A stretch of 20,000 bases of DNA from an uncultured virus (IMG/VR IMGVR_UViG_3300022552_000007) (taxonomy: Duplodnaviria; Heunggongvirae; Uroviricota; Caudoviricetes): the IMG/VR virus record IMGVR_UViG_3300022552_000007; one strand, 5' to 3'. The notes below the pieces were generated by a model. That model had not been told where the DNA came from, did no database searches, and was given only the letters and a program-made list of their open reading frames with translations. Position numbers and translations under genes: made by a program. Shown here one piece after another: positions 8,035 to 15,858 of this stretch (positions within the stretch are counted from its first letter, which is position 1; every line of letters begins with the position of its first letter).

Positions 8035-10919
8035 AACACTGCTGGAATCCAATAACGCTGTCTGATGGGGATTGTAAAGCATATAATATTCCGGATCGCA
8101 CCACTCCCAATCAGATCATTCAGGAATGCGGTCTAACTTTTCGGCGGCCGTTCATTTTGATTGTCAATGGCGAAGCAATTGATCGCAACGAGTGGGATGT
8201 CTTCTTCATTTATGAGGAAGACACGGTTCATTTTGTTGAATTGCCTGGGTTTGGTGGCGGTGGTGGTGGCAGTAACCCATTGCGAGCGCTCGCTTTCGTT
8301 GGATTGATGCTCCTTGCCCCAATGGTGGCGCCTTTGCTAGGTGCGACAAGTCCTTTCTGGTCTGCCGTAATTACTGGATTGGTGACTATCGGCGGTTCCA
8401 TGCTGATCAATGCCCTGCTACCGCCGACGTCTCCGACGGGGCCATCGTTGCCGGAGGTTGACCAGCCTTATTATCTACAATCATCCAATCAATTACGCCT
8501 GGGATCGCCTTTTGTTGAGCATTTTGGACGTATTCGTCTTTTTCCAGATCTTGTTCAGGGGAGCTATACGCAGTATGAACCGATTGGAGTGGTGGGGCCG
8601 CAGGACCGGGTCATGCAGCATCTATATTTTCTTGGTGTGATTGGTGTCGGAGAATATGATATCGAGGATGTTTGTATAGACAAGACCCCCATTGATGATT
8701 TTGCGGGTTCTTCATATGCGATCATTGAGCCGGGCGTCATTCCCAGTATTGTATCCTACGTTGTTTATACAACGACTGCAATCAGTGGACAAGAAGTGCC
8801 TGACGAAGATCCGCTTGTGGCGATTGTTAACCCGGCAGGAACCTCTATTTGGAAGATTTCTTTAGATATCACGTGGCCGGGCGGTTTTTACTACATGGGA
8901 GATGAAGGAGATCTTGGCCGGGCGGGGATGAGAATTTATGCTTCCATAAGGACTGTCGGCAACGATGGGACTCCCATTTCTTCTTGGTCGCAGGTGGTAA
9001 ACAAACTTTGCTATGGCAGTTACCCGGAACCTACTGCGGTGACTATTGAGTTTTTGACTCCTGACCCCACTGCGCGGTACGAGATTCGCGTTTGGCGGTC
9101 AGAAAAAAACTTTGACCGCCATGTTTGCTATACCTGTTATGCTGGCGATATTCGAGCTTTTGGTCCTTCGCAAGGAAGTTACGGCGACGTGACTTTGCTG
9201 GAAGCTCGACTGCGTGCTAGCAAACAACTCACTGGCCAAGTCACGAACAAGATAAATGTAATCGCCACGAGAAAGCTTTATCAAGTAGAAAGTTCGGGTT
9301 TTGGATCTGTGAAAATTCCCACTCGTTCGCCCGTGGACGCTGCTGCGTATGTAGTAACATGCGATAATGGAGGCCGACAACCGGATACTGTGGTGGATTG
9401 GGAAGCAATGGTTGAATTAAGGAATACGCTGGAATCTGCTGGTTACTACTTTGACCACCGCTTTCAGCAGCGTGTTTCTGTGATGGAAGCAATTTCCACA
9501 ATTGCGTTGGTGGGAAGGGCCTTTCCCTATATGCCGGGCGGGAAATTTACATTGATTCAGGATCGAGAACAAGCGAGCCCAGCCAGAAAATTCACCCGTG
9601 ATGATTATACTGAAGGCAGTTTCAGCATTGAACACCTGTATCGAACAGCAGATTCTCCAACTGGGGTGGAAATTCATTACATTGACGCGGACACGTGGCA
9701 ATCGGATAAGGTGGTGTGTTATGATCTTGTTGGCAGCACAGAAAACCTGGCGGTCAGGGATTTGACGGGCTGCACCAACCGGCAACATGCCTATGATATT
9801 GGCATGTACCTATACAAGGAAGATCGCTATAATCGTTCCTTTGTTTCTTTCACGACCGGATTGAAGGGCCACTTGCCGATACCGAGTGAGCGCGTGCTAG
9901 TAGAGCTACCTTCCGTAGATTTCCAACGATCTGGATTCATTCATAAGATCGACGGTTCCAACATTCATTTAAGTGAAGAAGTTGATTTTGGCGATAGCGA
10001 AACGGGCTTGTTATACCTGTCTGATAACACAGGGGGGTTACTTGGGCCGTTTACTGTTTCCCCTGGTGCCGAACCCCATATCGTCGTTGGTGATCTTGGT
10101 GAATACGACGATTCTTCCTCTGCACAAAATGCTACTTTAGAAGAAACTCCTGATGGCGCGGTAAAATATCTGTTTGCTCTGAATGTTTCCGAAATGACAT
10201 CAATTCGTGTAACCAAGGTCGAACCTGCGGGGCAAAACAGTGTTCGCATCAGCGGTAGTATTTACAATAGTGAGGTGTATTTGGACCCCGGCACCGCCCC
10301 GGAAAGTGGCGTGCCGATGACCGAATACATTGAAGGTGTCCGTTTCCAATTTTACGGTGTGGTGGAAGACAATTGGCCTATTGGTGGAGACTATATTTAT
10401 TATATTCAATGGCAAGGACTCGCCACCGAAGTCCGGATTGAACTGGATATCGGAACTGGGTACACGATTGTAGCGGATCATTTTACAGAAGCATACAAGA
10501 CCATTACTACGTTTGGGCCAGAACCTTACGTAAGGATCACACCTTACGTAAACGGGGTACTGCGCACTTCGATGGCCGAGGTGTTGGAATCAGATGCTAT
10601 CCATACGCCGCAGAATGTTGATATAGATGTGAGCGGTTTTGGCCTTGGTGTAACCATTACGGCATCGTGGGACGCCGTGACGGATGCTGTATCATACATT
10701 GTTTACTTGTATTCAGGCAGCACTGAGCAGGGGCATTTTTATACTGCGGGCACTTCTTATACTTTTGATAAAACCAGCGCGTCTCGGTCTTATGATGTCT
10801 ATGTGGCGGCAGTTGATGCGGCCGGTTTCCGAGGTTTGGCCGGTCATGCTTCTTATTCACCACCAGCCGAAGAAGCGCCAACGCAGTCTGATTGGGAACT
10901 TTACGGGGGAGGACCATAA
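8025..10919 (+). CDS. Tail tip / host specificity protein (TipJ-like) with an N-terminal gpI-like region and a C-terminal FN3 domain
   Basis: 964 aa. A Gly-rich plus hydrophobic segment follows the N-terminal domain, then NQLRLGSPFVEHFGR..FPD, LGVIGVGEY and LTGCTNRQHA motifs. The C-terminus is FN3-like (PQNV...ASWDAVTDAVSYIVY...YDVYVAAVD). Confidence 0.85.
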   Translation: MEIKHCWNPITLSDGDCKAYNIPDRTTPNQIIQECGLTFRRPFILIVNGEAIDRNEWDVFFIYEEDTVHFVELPGFGGGGGGSNPLRALAFVGLMLLAPMVAPLLGATSPFWSAVITGLVTIGGSMLINALLPPTSPTGPSLPEVDQPYYLQSSNQLRLGSPFVEHFGRIRLFPDLVQGSYTQYEPIGVVGPQDRVMQHLYFLGVIGVGEYDIEDVCIDKTPIDDFAGSSYAIIEPGVIPSIVSYVVYTTTAISGQEVPDEDPLVAIVNPAGTSIWKISLDITWPGGFYYMGDEGDLGRAGMRIYASIRTVGNDGTPISSWSQVVNKLCYGSYPEPTAVTIEFLTPDPTARYEIRVWRSEKNFDRHVCYTCYAGDIRAFGPSQGSYGDVTLLEARLRASKQLTGQVTNKINVIATRKLYQVESSGFGSVKIPTRSPVDAAAYVVTCDNGGRQPDTVVDWEAMVELRNTLESAGYYFDHRFQQRVSVMEAISTIALVGRAFPYMPGGKFTLIQDREQASPARKFTRDDYTEGSFSIEHLYRTADSPTGVEIHYIDADTWQSDKVVCYDLVGSTENLAVRDLTGCTNRQHAYDIGMYLYKEDRYNRSFVSFTTGLKGHLPIPSERVLVELPSVDFQRSGFIHKIDGSNIHLSEEVDFGDSETGLLYLSDNTGGLLGPFTVSPGAEPHIVVGDLGEYDDSSSAQNATLEETPDGAVKYLFALNVSEMTSIRVTKVEPAGQNSVRISGSIYNSEVYLDPGTAPESGVPMTEYIEGVRFQFYGVVEDNWPIGGDYIYYIQWQGLATEVRIELDIGTGYTIVADHFTEAYKTITTFGPEPYVRITPYVNGVLRTSMAEVLESDAIHTPQNVDIDVSGFGLGVTITASWDAVTDAVSYIVYLYSGSTEQGHFYTAGTSYTFDKTSASRSYDVYVAAVDAAGFRGLAGHASYSPPAEEAPTQSDWELYGGGP

Positions 10920-11263
10920 TGTCAGACTTGAAAATTTCATGGGCTGCGGTTGAGAGCACTGAATACCCGGATCAAGTGGGCTATGTGATTTATGAACGTG
11001 TATTGGATTCTGCCGACCCGGATGATTCCAGCTTTGATCCGGATTTTGACCCCGCTACCCAAGGCACGGAAGTAGCGGTGCTTTACCCGCAATACCTTGG
11101 CGGAGACGCCTATGTCAGCGCTCAAACCTATGTGATTTTAAGTGGTTATGATTTGAGCCCCGGCAATTACTATTCTTTTAAAATCGCTGCTTGGAATCCA
11201 TCGGTTACTTATGAAAGTCCGGAAGCATTGAATTGGTCAAGTGTGCTGGAAGTCGATACATGA
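10919..11263 (+). CDS. Small acidic FN3/Ig-like virion protein
   Basis: TAATG overlap plus GGAGGA RBS gives a start at 10919. FN3 pattern LKISW...GYVIY...LSPGNYYSFKIAAWN. Confidence 0.65.
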   Translation: MSDLKISWAAVESTEYPDQVGYVIYERVLDSADPDDSSFDPDFDPATQGTEVAVLYPQYLGGDAYVSAQTYVILSGYDLSPGNYYSFKIAAWNPSVTYESPEALNWSSVLEVDT

Positions 11264-11291
11264 TTGCGCACAAAATGAAAGGAAGCATAGC

Positions 11292-11675
11292 ATGAAATTC
11301 CTCCAGTTTCTTCTTAAATTGATCCTTTGCAAACCGGTCCTCCAGGCCATCGCAACCAAATTGGATGGCTATAAAACCGTGCTGGGCTTTGCTGGTTCGG
11401 GCCTACTGGCAGTGGTGTATTTCATTTACACGCTGTTTCCTGATATGATAGACCCATCCGTGGTAGATCCCAAAACCATAAACACTGCGTTGGAAGCTGC
11501 CGTAGGATCGTTTCTTGCTTTGGCATTTGGCGGAATGGGGCATAAAGTGATAAAAAAGAAAAGAAAAGAAGAAGACATTGAGCGGCAATTAGAAGAACTG
11601 AAAAAGAAGATTCAAGAATATGAACAATCCAACGGCACCATTACGAGTAATTACACGGAGTATGAACAACATTGA
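11292..11675 (+). CDS. Putative holin-like membrane protein
   Basis: AAAGGA RBS before the ATG at 11292. Two hydrophobic segments are framed by LDGYKT and GMGHK, followed by a highly charged coiled-coil tail. It lies at the end of the late operon. Confidence 0.55.
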   Translation: MKFLQFLLKLILCKPVLQAIATKLDGYKTVLGFAGSGLLAVVYFIYTLFPDMIDPSVVDPKTINTALEAAVGSFLALAFGGMGHKVIKKKRKEEDIERQLEELKKKIQEYEQSNGTITSNYTEYEQH

Positions 11676-11815
11676 AATTCCACGATAAATGGGAAATCGA
11701 CCCAGTGCGAGAAAAAAAGCCTTTGCGGATAGGGGTTACTCTTCCATTGGATCGTTACTGGTGGCGCAAATGGTTGCGTCGCGTTCATAAAACCCTAAGT
11801 AAGAGGAGGAAGTAA
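11672..11815 (+). CDS. 47-aa cationic Trp-rich peptide (not in the ORF track)
   Basis: A TTG start overlaps the upstream TGA and the ORF fills the gap exactly: MKFHDKWEIDPVREKKPLRIGVTLPLDRYWWRKWLRRVHKTLSKRRK. Confidence 0.45.
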   Translation: MKFHDKWEIDPVREKKPLRIGVTLPLDRYWWRKWLRRVHKTLSKRRK

Positions 11816-11816
11816 A

Positions 11817-12086
11817 ATGCAGATTCTTCAAATGGTAAAGTGGATCTTGAGCATCGTGCCGGAAATCGCCAACATCATCGTCATGCTGGAAAAAACCCTG
11901 CCGCAAGCCAAGGTAGGCACGGAGAAGCTGGCAGCCTTGCGAGGGATTCTGCTGGCAGCCTACGAGGGGATCGATCTTGTATGGGGGTCCATCGAGAAGA
12001 TCGTAAAGGTTCTGGTCGCACTGTGGAACAAATGCGGCTGGCCAGTAGAAGAAGAGGCGCCGCAGCCCCCGGCACCGTCCGATTAA
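11817..12086 (+). CDS. Amphipathic helical protein, possibly holin/lysis associated
   Basis: Strong GAGGAGG RBS. The GTEKL motif and IVKVLVALWNKCG resemble LL-H-type holin-like proteins; this is recognition by eye only. Confidence 0.55.
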   Translation: MQILQMVKWILSIVPEIANIIVMLEKTLPQAKVGTEKLAALRGILLAAYEGIDLVWGSIEKIVKVLVALWNKCGWPVEEEAPQPPAPSD

Positions 12087-12113
12087 ATTAATTTAAAAGC
12101 GTTTGTTTGGCCG

Positions 12114-12145
12114 AATGCCCCTATCCGTTATTGGATAGGGGCATT
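12114..12145. terminator. 13-bp perfect hairpin between the convergent arms, probable (bidirectional) terminator
   Basis: AATGCCCCTATCC-gttatt-GGATAGGGGCATT at the convergence point. A canonical U-tract is weak on both strands. Confidence 0.6.
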
Positions 12146-12188
12146 GGATTTGGATGGGTATGGTTGGTGGGAGATTATGGAGGCGGAT

Positions 12189-12275
12189 TTACAAACGCTC
12201 AACCCACAGCAGCACCAGCAGAACCGCGAGAACATTCAGCAATATTATTCCAATGAGATCCCAAAGCATATTCAT
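12189..12275 (-). CDS. 28-aa single-TM micro-protein
   Basis: MNMLWDLIGIILLNVLAVLLVLLWVERL starts 4 nt after the kdsB-like stop, with AGGA upstream. Confidence 0.5.
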   Translation of the reverse strand: MNMLWDLIGIILLNVLAVLLVLLWVERL

Positions 12276-12279
12276 GATC

Positions 12280-13008
12280 CTAGCGGAAAAAAATTCGTGC
12301 TGCAATTATATCATTCGTCGTATTGATGTCAATCCATTGGGAATCTTTTTCCAGTGGCAATCCATAGATTGGCAGTCGGTAGTGAATGAACCGGAGTTGT
12401 TCTAGTCCTTCTTGTTTTTCCAATTCCACCTGTCTGAGCCAATGAAAATGCCATAGCGATGTTTCGTTGAAAGTGTAAACCCCACAATGCCGATATGCAT
12501 ATGGAAACCAATGTCGTGTAAAGTACACCAACAAACACCCAGCGCCTCTGATTGCATAAACAGCGCTATCCGAATGTCGTTCCCTTTCGTACACGTCTCT
12601 GTATAAAGTACACATAAAAGGGCCGTCGTGCTTTGTAGGAACATTAAGCAGTTCCAATTTTTTCCAGGTTTCCTTGGGCACCGCAATATTATCGCCCTGG
12701 AAATTAATGGCGAAGTCCACGCCTTCCATCAGGTTTGGATATCGCTTCACTGCCACCGCGATTCTGTCCGTTCCGCAGTGGCAGTATTCTTCATCCGTTT
12801 CATTTGTTAAAACTAAATCAAATTTTACTGAACGATCAATGCCTTTCATCAACGCCGCCGCATCGGCCTTGGGGCAAACCAATACGGGCCGTTGCGGGCA
12901 TTGTTCAATGGCTCGTTGGATTACCGTCTTGCCGCAAATGTCAATTAGCGGTTTGTTTGGCAGCCTGGATGAACCCAAACGCACGGGGATGAAAATTTGG
13001 TAATTCAT
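12280..13008 (-). CDS. kdsB: 3-deoxy-manno-octulosonate cytidylyltransferase (CMP-Kdo synthetase)-like protein
   Basis: IPVRLGSSRLPNKPLIDICGK, GTDRI, INFQGD, YFTR, RHCGVY and LEKQEGLEQLR are all KdsB-family motifs in the expected order. GAGGGG RBS. Confidence 0.85.
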   Translation of the reverse strand: MNYQIFIPVRLGSSRLPNKPLIDICGKTVIQRAIEQCPQRPVLVCPKADAAALMKGIDRSVKFDLVLTNETDEEYCHCGTDRIAVAVKRYPNLMEGVDFAINFQGDNIAVPKETWKKLELLNVPTKHDGPFMCTLYRDVYERERHSDSAVYAIRGAGCLLVYFTRHWFPYAYRHCGVYTFNETSLWHFHWLRQVELEKQEGLEQLRFIHYRLPIYGLPLEKDSQWIDINTTNDIIAARIFFR

Positions 13009-13027
13009 TCTGCCCCTCTATTTTCCA

Positions 13028-13297
13028 TTATTGTAGTGTCATTCTGTCAGCTTCTTTCATCAATGCACTTTCTTTTGATGCGTTTTCCGTTAATTTTGCT
13101 ATCAATGCAACATAAAACAAGGGGTTATTTTGTTTAATATTTTCGATTAATGAAAATATTAATGCGGTATAGTGTTCAGTAGTGCCGTAACTTATTGTTT
13201 TATAGCCATTGTCGTGTTCAAAAGAAAACAAAAATGACGGCAATTCCTCAGCATTTTCCAGCTTTTCGTATATCTTATGCAGTTCTTTTAGTGTCAT
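13028..13297 (-). CDS. Hypothetical protein, paralogue of 13882-14181
   Basis: AAGGAAG RBS; shares KIY..L...PSF.FS.E...LIFSLI..I...N with 13882-14181. Confidence 0.7.
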   Translation of the reverse strand: MTLKELHKIYEKLENAEELPSFLFSFEHDNGYKTISYGTTEHYTALIFSLIENIKQNNPLFYVALIAKLTENASKESALMKEADRMTLQ

Positions 13298-13346
13298 TTT
13301 TCTTCCTTCTTTATATTCAGCGTTCTTTGTTTCCTTCTGTTCGTTA

Positions 13347-13481
13347 TTATTTTAACCACGCATTAATTTCCACAAAAATGATAATTAAAAATAATGATAA
13401 TGCTGTCCAAATGCCTGTTTCAGTGTAAACACCAAAAATAAGGGCCAATGATAAAATCCATCGTATTATAGGTGTTCTCAT
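13347..13481 (-). CDS. 44-aa two-TM micro-protein
   Basis: AGGGGGAG RBS; MRTPIIRWILSLALIFGVYTETGIWTALSLFLIIIFVEINAWLK. Confidence 0.65.
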   Translation of the reverse strand: MRTPIIRWILSLALIFGVYTETGIWTALSLFLIIIFVEINAWLK

Positions 13482-13649
13482 TATTACTCCCCCTTAGGCC
13501 TCAAGGCGTCGCTGTTTTCACCTAAATATTTTTGAAGATTAGATAATCATTTCCGTCGAGCCAAACCGGCGAACACGCCCGACGGAAATGTTCCGTTTTT
13601 CCAGTTGGCCATCCCCTTTCTCATCAATGATATATTTTATAAACGCCGG

Positions 13650-13802
13650 TTATTCCCAAAACCGCCTGACCAGAAGCCAGCCAAGTGATGACATAAACCA
13701 CGCCCATGCTTCCCACCACGTACTTTTGCGACGAAAAAACACAATACAAAGAAATGTCAAACTAATCCCAATGCCAACGGTGGATATTGTGGTGGGTGTC
13801 AT
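13650..13802 (-). CDS. 50-aa Trp-rich membrane micro-protein
   Basis: GGAG RBS; MTPTTISTVGIGISLTFLCIVFFRRKSTWWEAWAWFMSSLGWLLVRRFWE. Confidence 0.55.
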   Translation of the reverse strand: MTPTTISTVGIGISLTFLCIVFFRRKSTWWEAWAWFMSSLGWLLVRRFWE

Positions 13803-13885
13803 TTTATTTTTCTCCAACACTTATTCAGCGTTTCGTTTTTGCATTCCGTGACTATCAGTATCCATTGGCTAATCACATTGTTCAT
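13799..13885 (-). CDS. 28-aa micro-ORF
   Basis: ATGA overlaps at both ends; MNNVISQWILIVTECKNETLNKCWRKIK. Confidence 0.35.
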   Translation of the reverse strand: MNNVISQWILIVTECKNETLNKCWRKIK

Positions 13886-14181
13886 TGTATTACTACATTT
13901 TCCGGCATTTTTGATTGAGATGTTTCTTCCTTTTCCTTGGCGCTTATTATGTAATCCAACAGCCTTAGTAATAACAAAACATGAATGTATCTATTGCCCC
14001 GCTCAATTTTTTTTATCAACGAAAAAATCAACGAAACATCGTGGGCGAAACTGCTTCGTCCAATGGTGGCAATGCTGCCTTTTTCTTCATAAGAAAATAT
14101 GAACGAGGGATTCTTTTCATCATCTTTGATTGCATCCAATTCCATATATATTTTTTTCATTCTTTTTGTTGTTTTATTCAT
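13882..14181 (-). CDS. Hypothetical protein (99 aa), paralogue of 13028-13297
   Basis: AAGGAG RBS before the ATG at 14181. The longer tracked start at 14409 overlaps other genes. Confidence 0.7.
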   Translation of the reverse strand: MNKTTKRMKKIYMELDAIKDDEKNPSFIFSYEEKGSIATIGRSSFAHDVSLIFSLIKKIERGNRYIHVLLLLRLLDYIISAKEKEETSQSKMPENVVIQ

Positions 14182-14353
14182 CGATCTTCTCCTTTCGCTG
14201 CCTTGAGTTTGGGTACCAGGAATCCGGATAGGAATCCGGAATCGAAACCCATCCCATGCCACCGCACCCGTGGCAGATAATGGTGTAGGCCGTGCTGTCC
14301 GCATTGACCTTTCCACTTCCTTTGCAAACCGGGCATATTTCTGCGTGTGCCAT
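14174..14353 (-). CDS. DnaJ-type zinc-finger miniprotein (59 aa)
   Basis: AAAGGAGG RBS; two CxxCxGxG motifs (CPVCKGSG, CHGCGGMG). Confidence 0.75.
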   Translation of the reverse strand: MAHAEICPVCKGSGKVNADSTAYTIICHGCGGMGWVSIPDSYPDSWYPNSRQRKEKIDE

Positions 14354-14354
14354 T

Positions 14355-14594
14355 TTAATAATCCTCCTTTTCGGACTCCTCCCCGATAATAGCTTTGAAG
14401 TGGTCCCATTCATCTGGAGTGGCATTGTAGTAGTTGAGCAATTCCGCAGTAAACCCGATCAGTTCTTGAAGTCTGGCCCCGGCTCGTTTGGCGCGTTCTG
14501 CTGCTCGGGTTGTCTTTCCCTCCGTCCATTTTTCCATGGCTTCTTCCACGACCTCGTTTACGGGCGAATAAACCAATTTATCTTCAGTCTTCAT
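14355..14594 (-). CDS. Hypothetical protein
   Basis: ATGA overlap with the upstream gene, AGGGG RBS, tight packing. Confidence 0.65.
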   Translation of the reverse strand: MKTEDKLVYSPVNEVVEEAMEKWTEGKTTRAAERAKRAGARLQELIGFTAELLNYYNATPDEWDHFKAIIGEESEKEDY

Positions 14595-14941
14595 AACTTC
14601 CCCCTAAACAAATATTTAATCCTTTGCCGAAAGGAAGCATTTTTGTAAACAGACAATTCTATTTCCCTCGCTTCCAAGCACATCCAAGTCTTGTAGTAGG
14701 CGTTCTGCGTTGCGGTAAATCTTTTTTCCAAATCTTCCCAAGCTTCATACAATAACCCGAGAACATCCTGTGCTTGCTTTGAAGCGGCGACAACAACCTT
14801 TTCGCCATCTGGTCTGGTGAACTTTCTTCCTTTGATGAGTTCTACGCAAAACTCCGCTTGTGTTGGATCAACGCAATTATCGTAAACCTCAACGGGGTCC
14901 ATATCTGTCTCGAAGAAATCAATGTTCTTAATTACAATCAA
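14591..14941 (-). CDS. Hypothetical phage protein
   Basis: TTG start with GGAGGT RBS; C-terminal coiled coil ending ASFRQRIKYLFRGKL. Confidence 0.7.
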   Translation of the reverse strand: MIVIKNIDFFETDMDPVEVYDNCVDPTQAEFCVELIKGRKFTRPDGEKVVVAASKQAQDVLGLLYEAWEDLEKRFTATQNAYYKTWMCLEAREIELSVYKNASFRQRIKYLFRGKL

Positions 14942-14946
14942 TTTCT

Positions 14947-15117
14947 TTACCTCCGTCTATTAATTGTTTTCAGGCTCGGTCCCAACTCCCAAAAATGTTC
15001 GTCAACAAGCTGCGAATACTCGACTGGCAAATCTTTGGAGTGTTCTTTGATGTAATTGTATAGCTCCTGCAATTTAGTTTCGGCTTGCTCAGTTGTCATG
15101 ATTCGCTCCGTCAGCAT
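14947..15117 (-). CDS. 56-aa hypothetical protein (not in the ORF track)
   Basis: MLTERIMTTEQAETKLQELYNYIKEHSKDLPVEYSQLVDEHFWELGPSLKTINRRR fills the gap between its neighbours. Confidence 0.6.
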   Translation of the reverse strand: MLTERIMTTEQAETKLQELYNYIKEHSKDLPVEYSQLVDEHFWELGPSLKTINRRR

Positions 15118-15123
15118 GTTTTC

Positions 15124-15591
15124 CTAGTCATCAAGCCACCCAAGATAATCAAGTGTGGCGATAATGTGTTTTTGCATATTTTCAGGAATATGGTATCTTT
15201 CGAACGCCTTGGGTAAAGAATCTTTGAAGGAAAGATTTGGGCTTCTTCTGCTTGCCGCCTTCCAATCCGCCAACATTTCCAGAATATCCAACAAATTCAT
15301 GTCAGCAAACCCACCTTCATGAAAGCCGGTATGATGCCTGTTGTTACAATAGTGGTGATCAATGGCGGGCTTGATTGTATCAACACATTCTTGATATTCT
15401 GGACTGCCGTAATTGGCCTTTTTGAATTTTGGCCTTGTTTTTACAAAAGCATCAAACTCGAATTCTTCCAGCTTTGATCTATCGTGTTTAACGCCACGTT
15501 GCTCAAGATCGGATCTCATAACAGCAAGGTTTTCTGCAACCTCGGAAATATGCCGCAAAATGTCAGTTAAAACTTCAAGTTCTGTATTCAT
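15124..15591 (-). CDS. DUF5662-family (HD-like, His-rich) protein
   Basis: HDRSK...HHYCNNRHH...MNLLDILEMLADWKAA motif set; AAGGA RBS. Confidence 0.8.
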   Translation of the reverse strand: MNTELEVLTDILRHISEVAENLAVMRSDLEQRGVKHDRSKLEEFEFDAFVKTRPKFKKANYGSPEYQECVDTIKPAIDHHYCNNRHHTGFHEGGFADMNLLDILEMLADWKAASRRSPNLSFKDSLPKAFERYHIPENMQKHIIATLDYLGWLDD

Positions 15592-15662
15592 GCTTTTATT
15601 CCTTTAACCAGTTGGATGTCTTTTTCTAATTAACAACTTCAAGTTCGTCATTCCTTCCTATC

Positions 15663-15842
15663 TTAGGAGTCTTCCAATGCACTGTTAAGTGCTTCGCAAA
15701 GTGTATCTCGAAATCTCACGTCTTTGGGGCTACTGCTGCTGCCCAAGTCGCCGTAAAGAGGGCTGCACACAGTCCGTTTCAACCAATGAGCTTCTTCTAC
15801 GCTCATTTCAAGCGTAACCTTTTTTGTTAAATCAACTTTCAT
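15663..15842 (-). CDS. 59-aa hypothetical protein (not in the ORF track)
   Basis: AAAGGAGG RBS; MKVDLTKKVTLEMSVEEAHWLKRTVCSPLYGDLGSSSSPKDVRFRDTLCEALNSALEDS. Confidence 0.7.
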   Translation of the reverse strand: MKVDLTKKVTLEMSVEEAHWLKRTVCSPLYGDLGSSSSPKDVRFRDTLCEALNSALEDS

Positions 15843-15858
15843 AAAGCCTCCTTTTAGT

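Noticed and set aside
10523..10551. Palindrome CCTTACGTAAGG and direct repeat ACCTTACGTAA
   Set aside because: It is within the tail tip CDS and explained by the repeated PYV peptide.
12144..12405. Plus-strand ORFs after the hairpin
   Set aside because: They are antisense to kdsB and the micro-TM ORF, lie beyond the probable terminator, and have no recognisable motifs.
14182..14409. N-terminal extension of the tracked ORF 13882..14409
   Set aside because: It overlaps the zinc-finger gene, which has a strong RBS. The internal ATG at 14181 has its own RBS and matches the paralogue's start.
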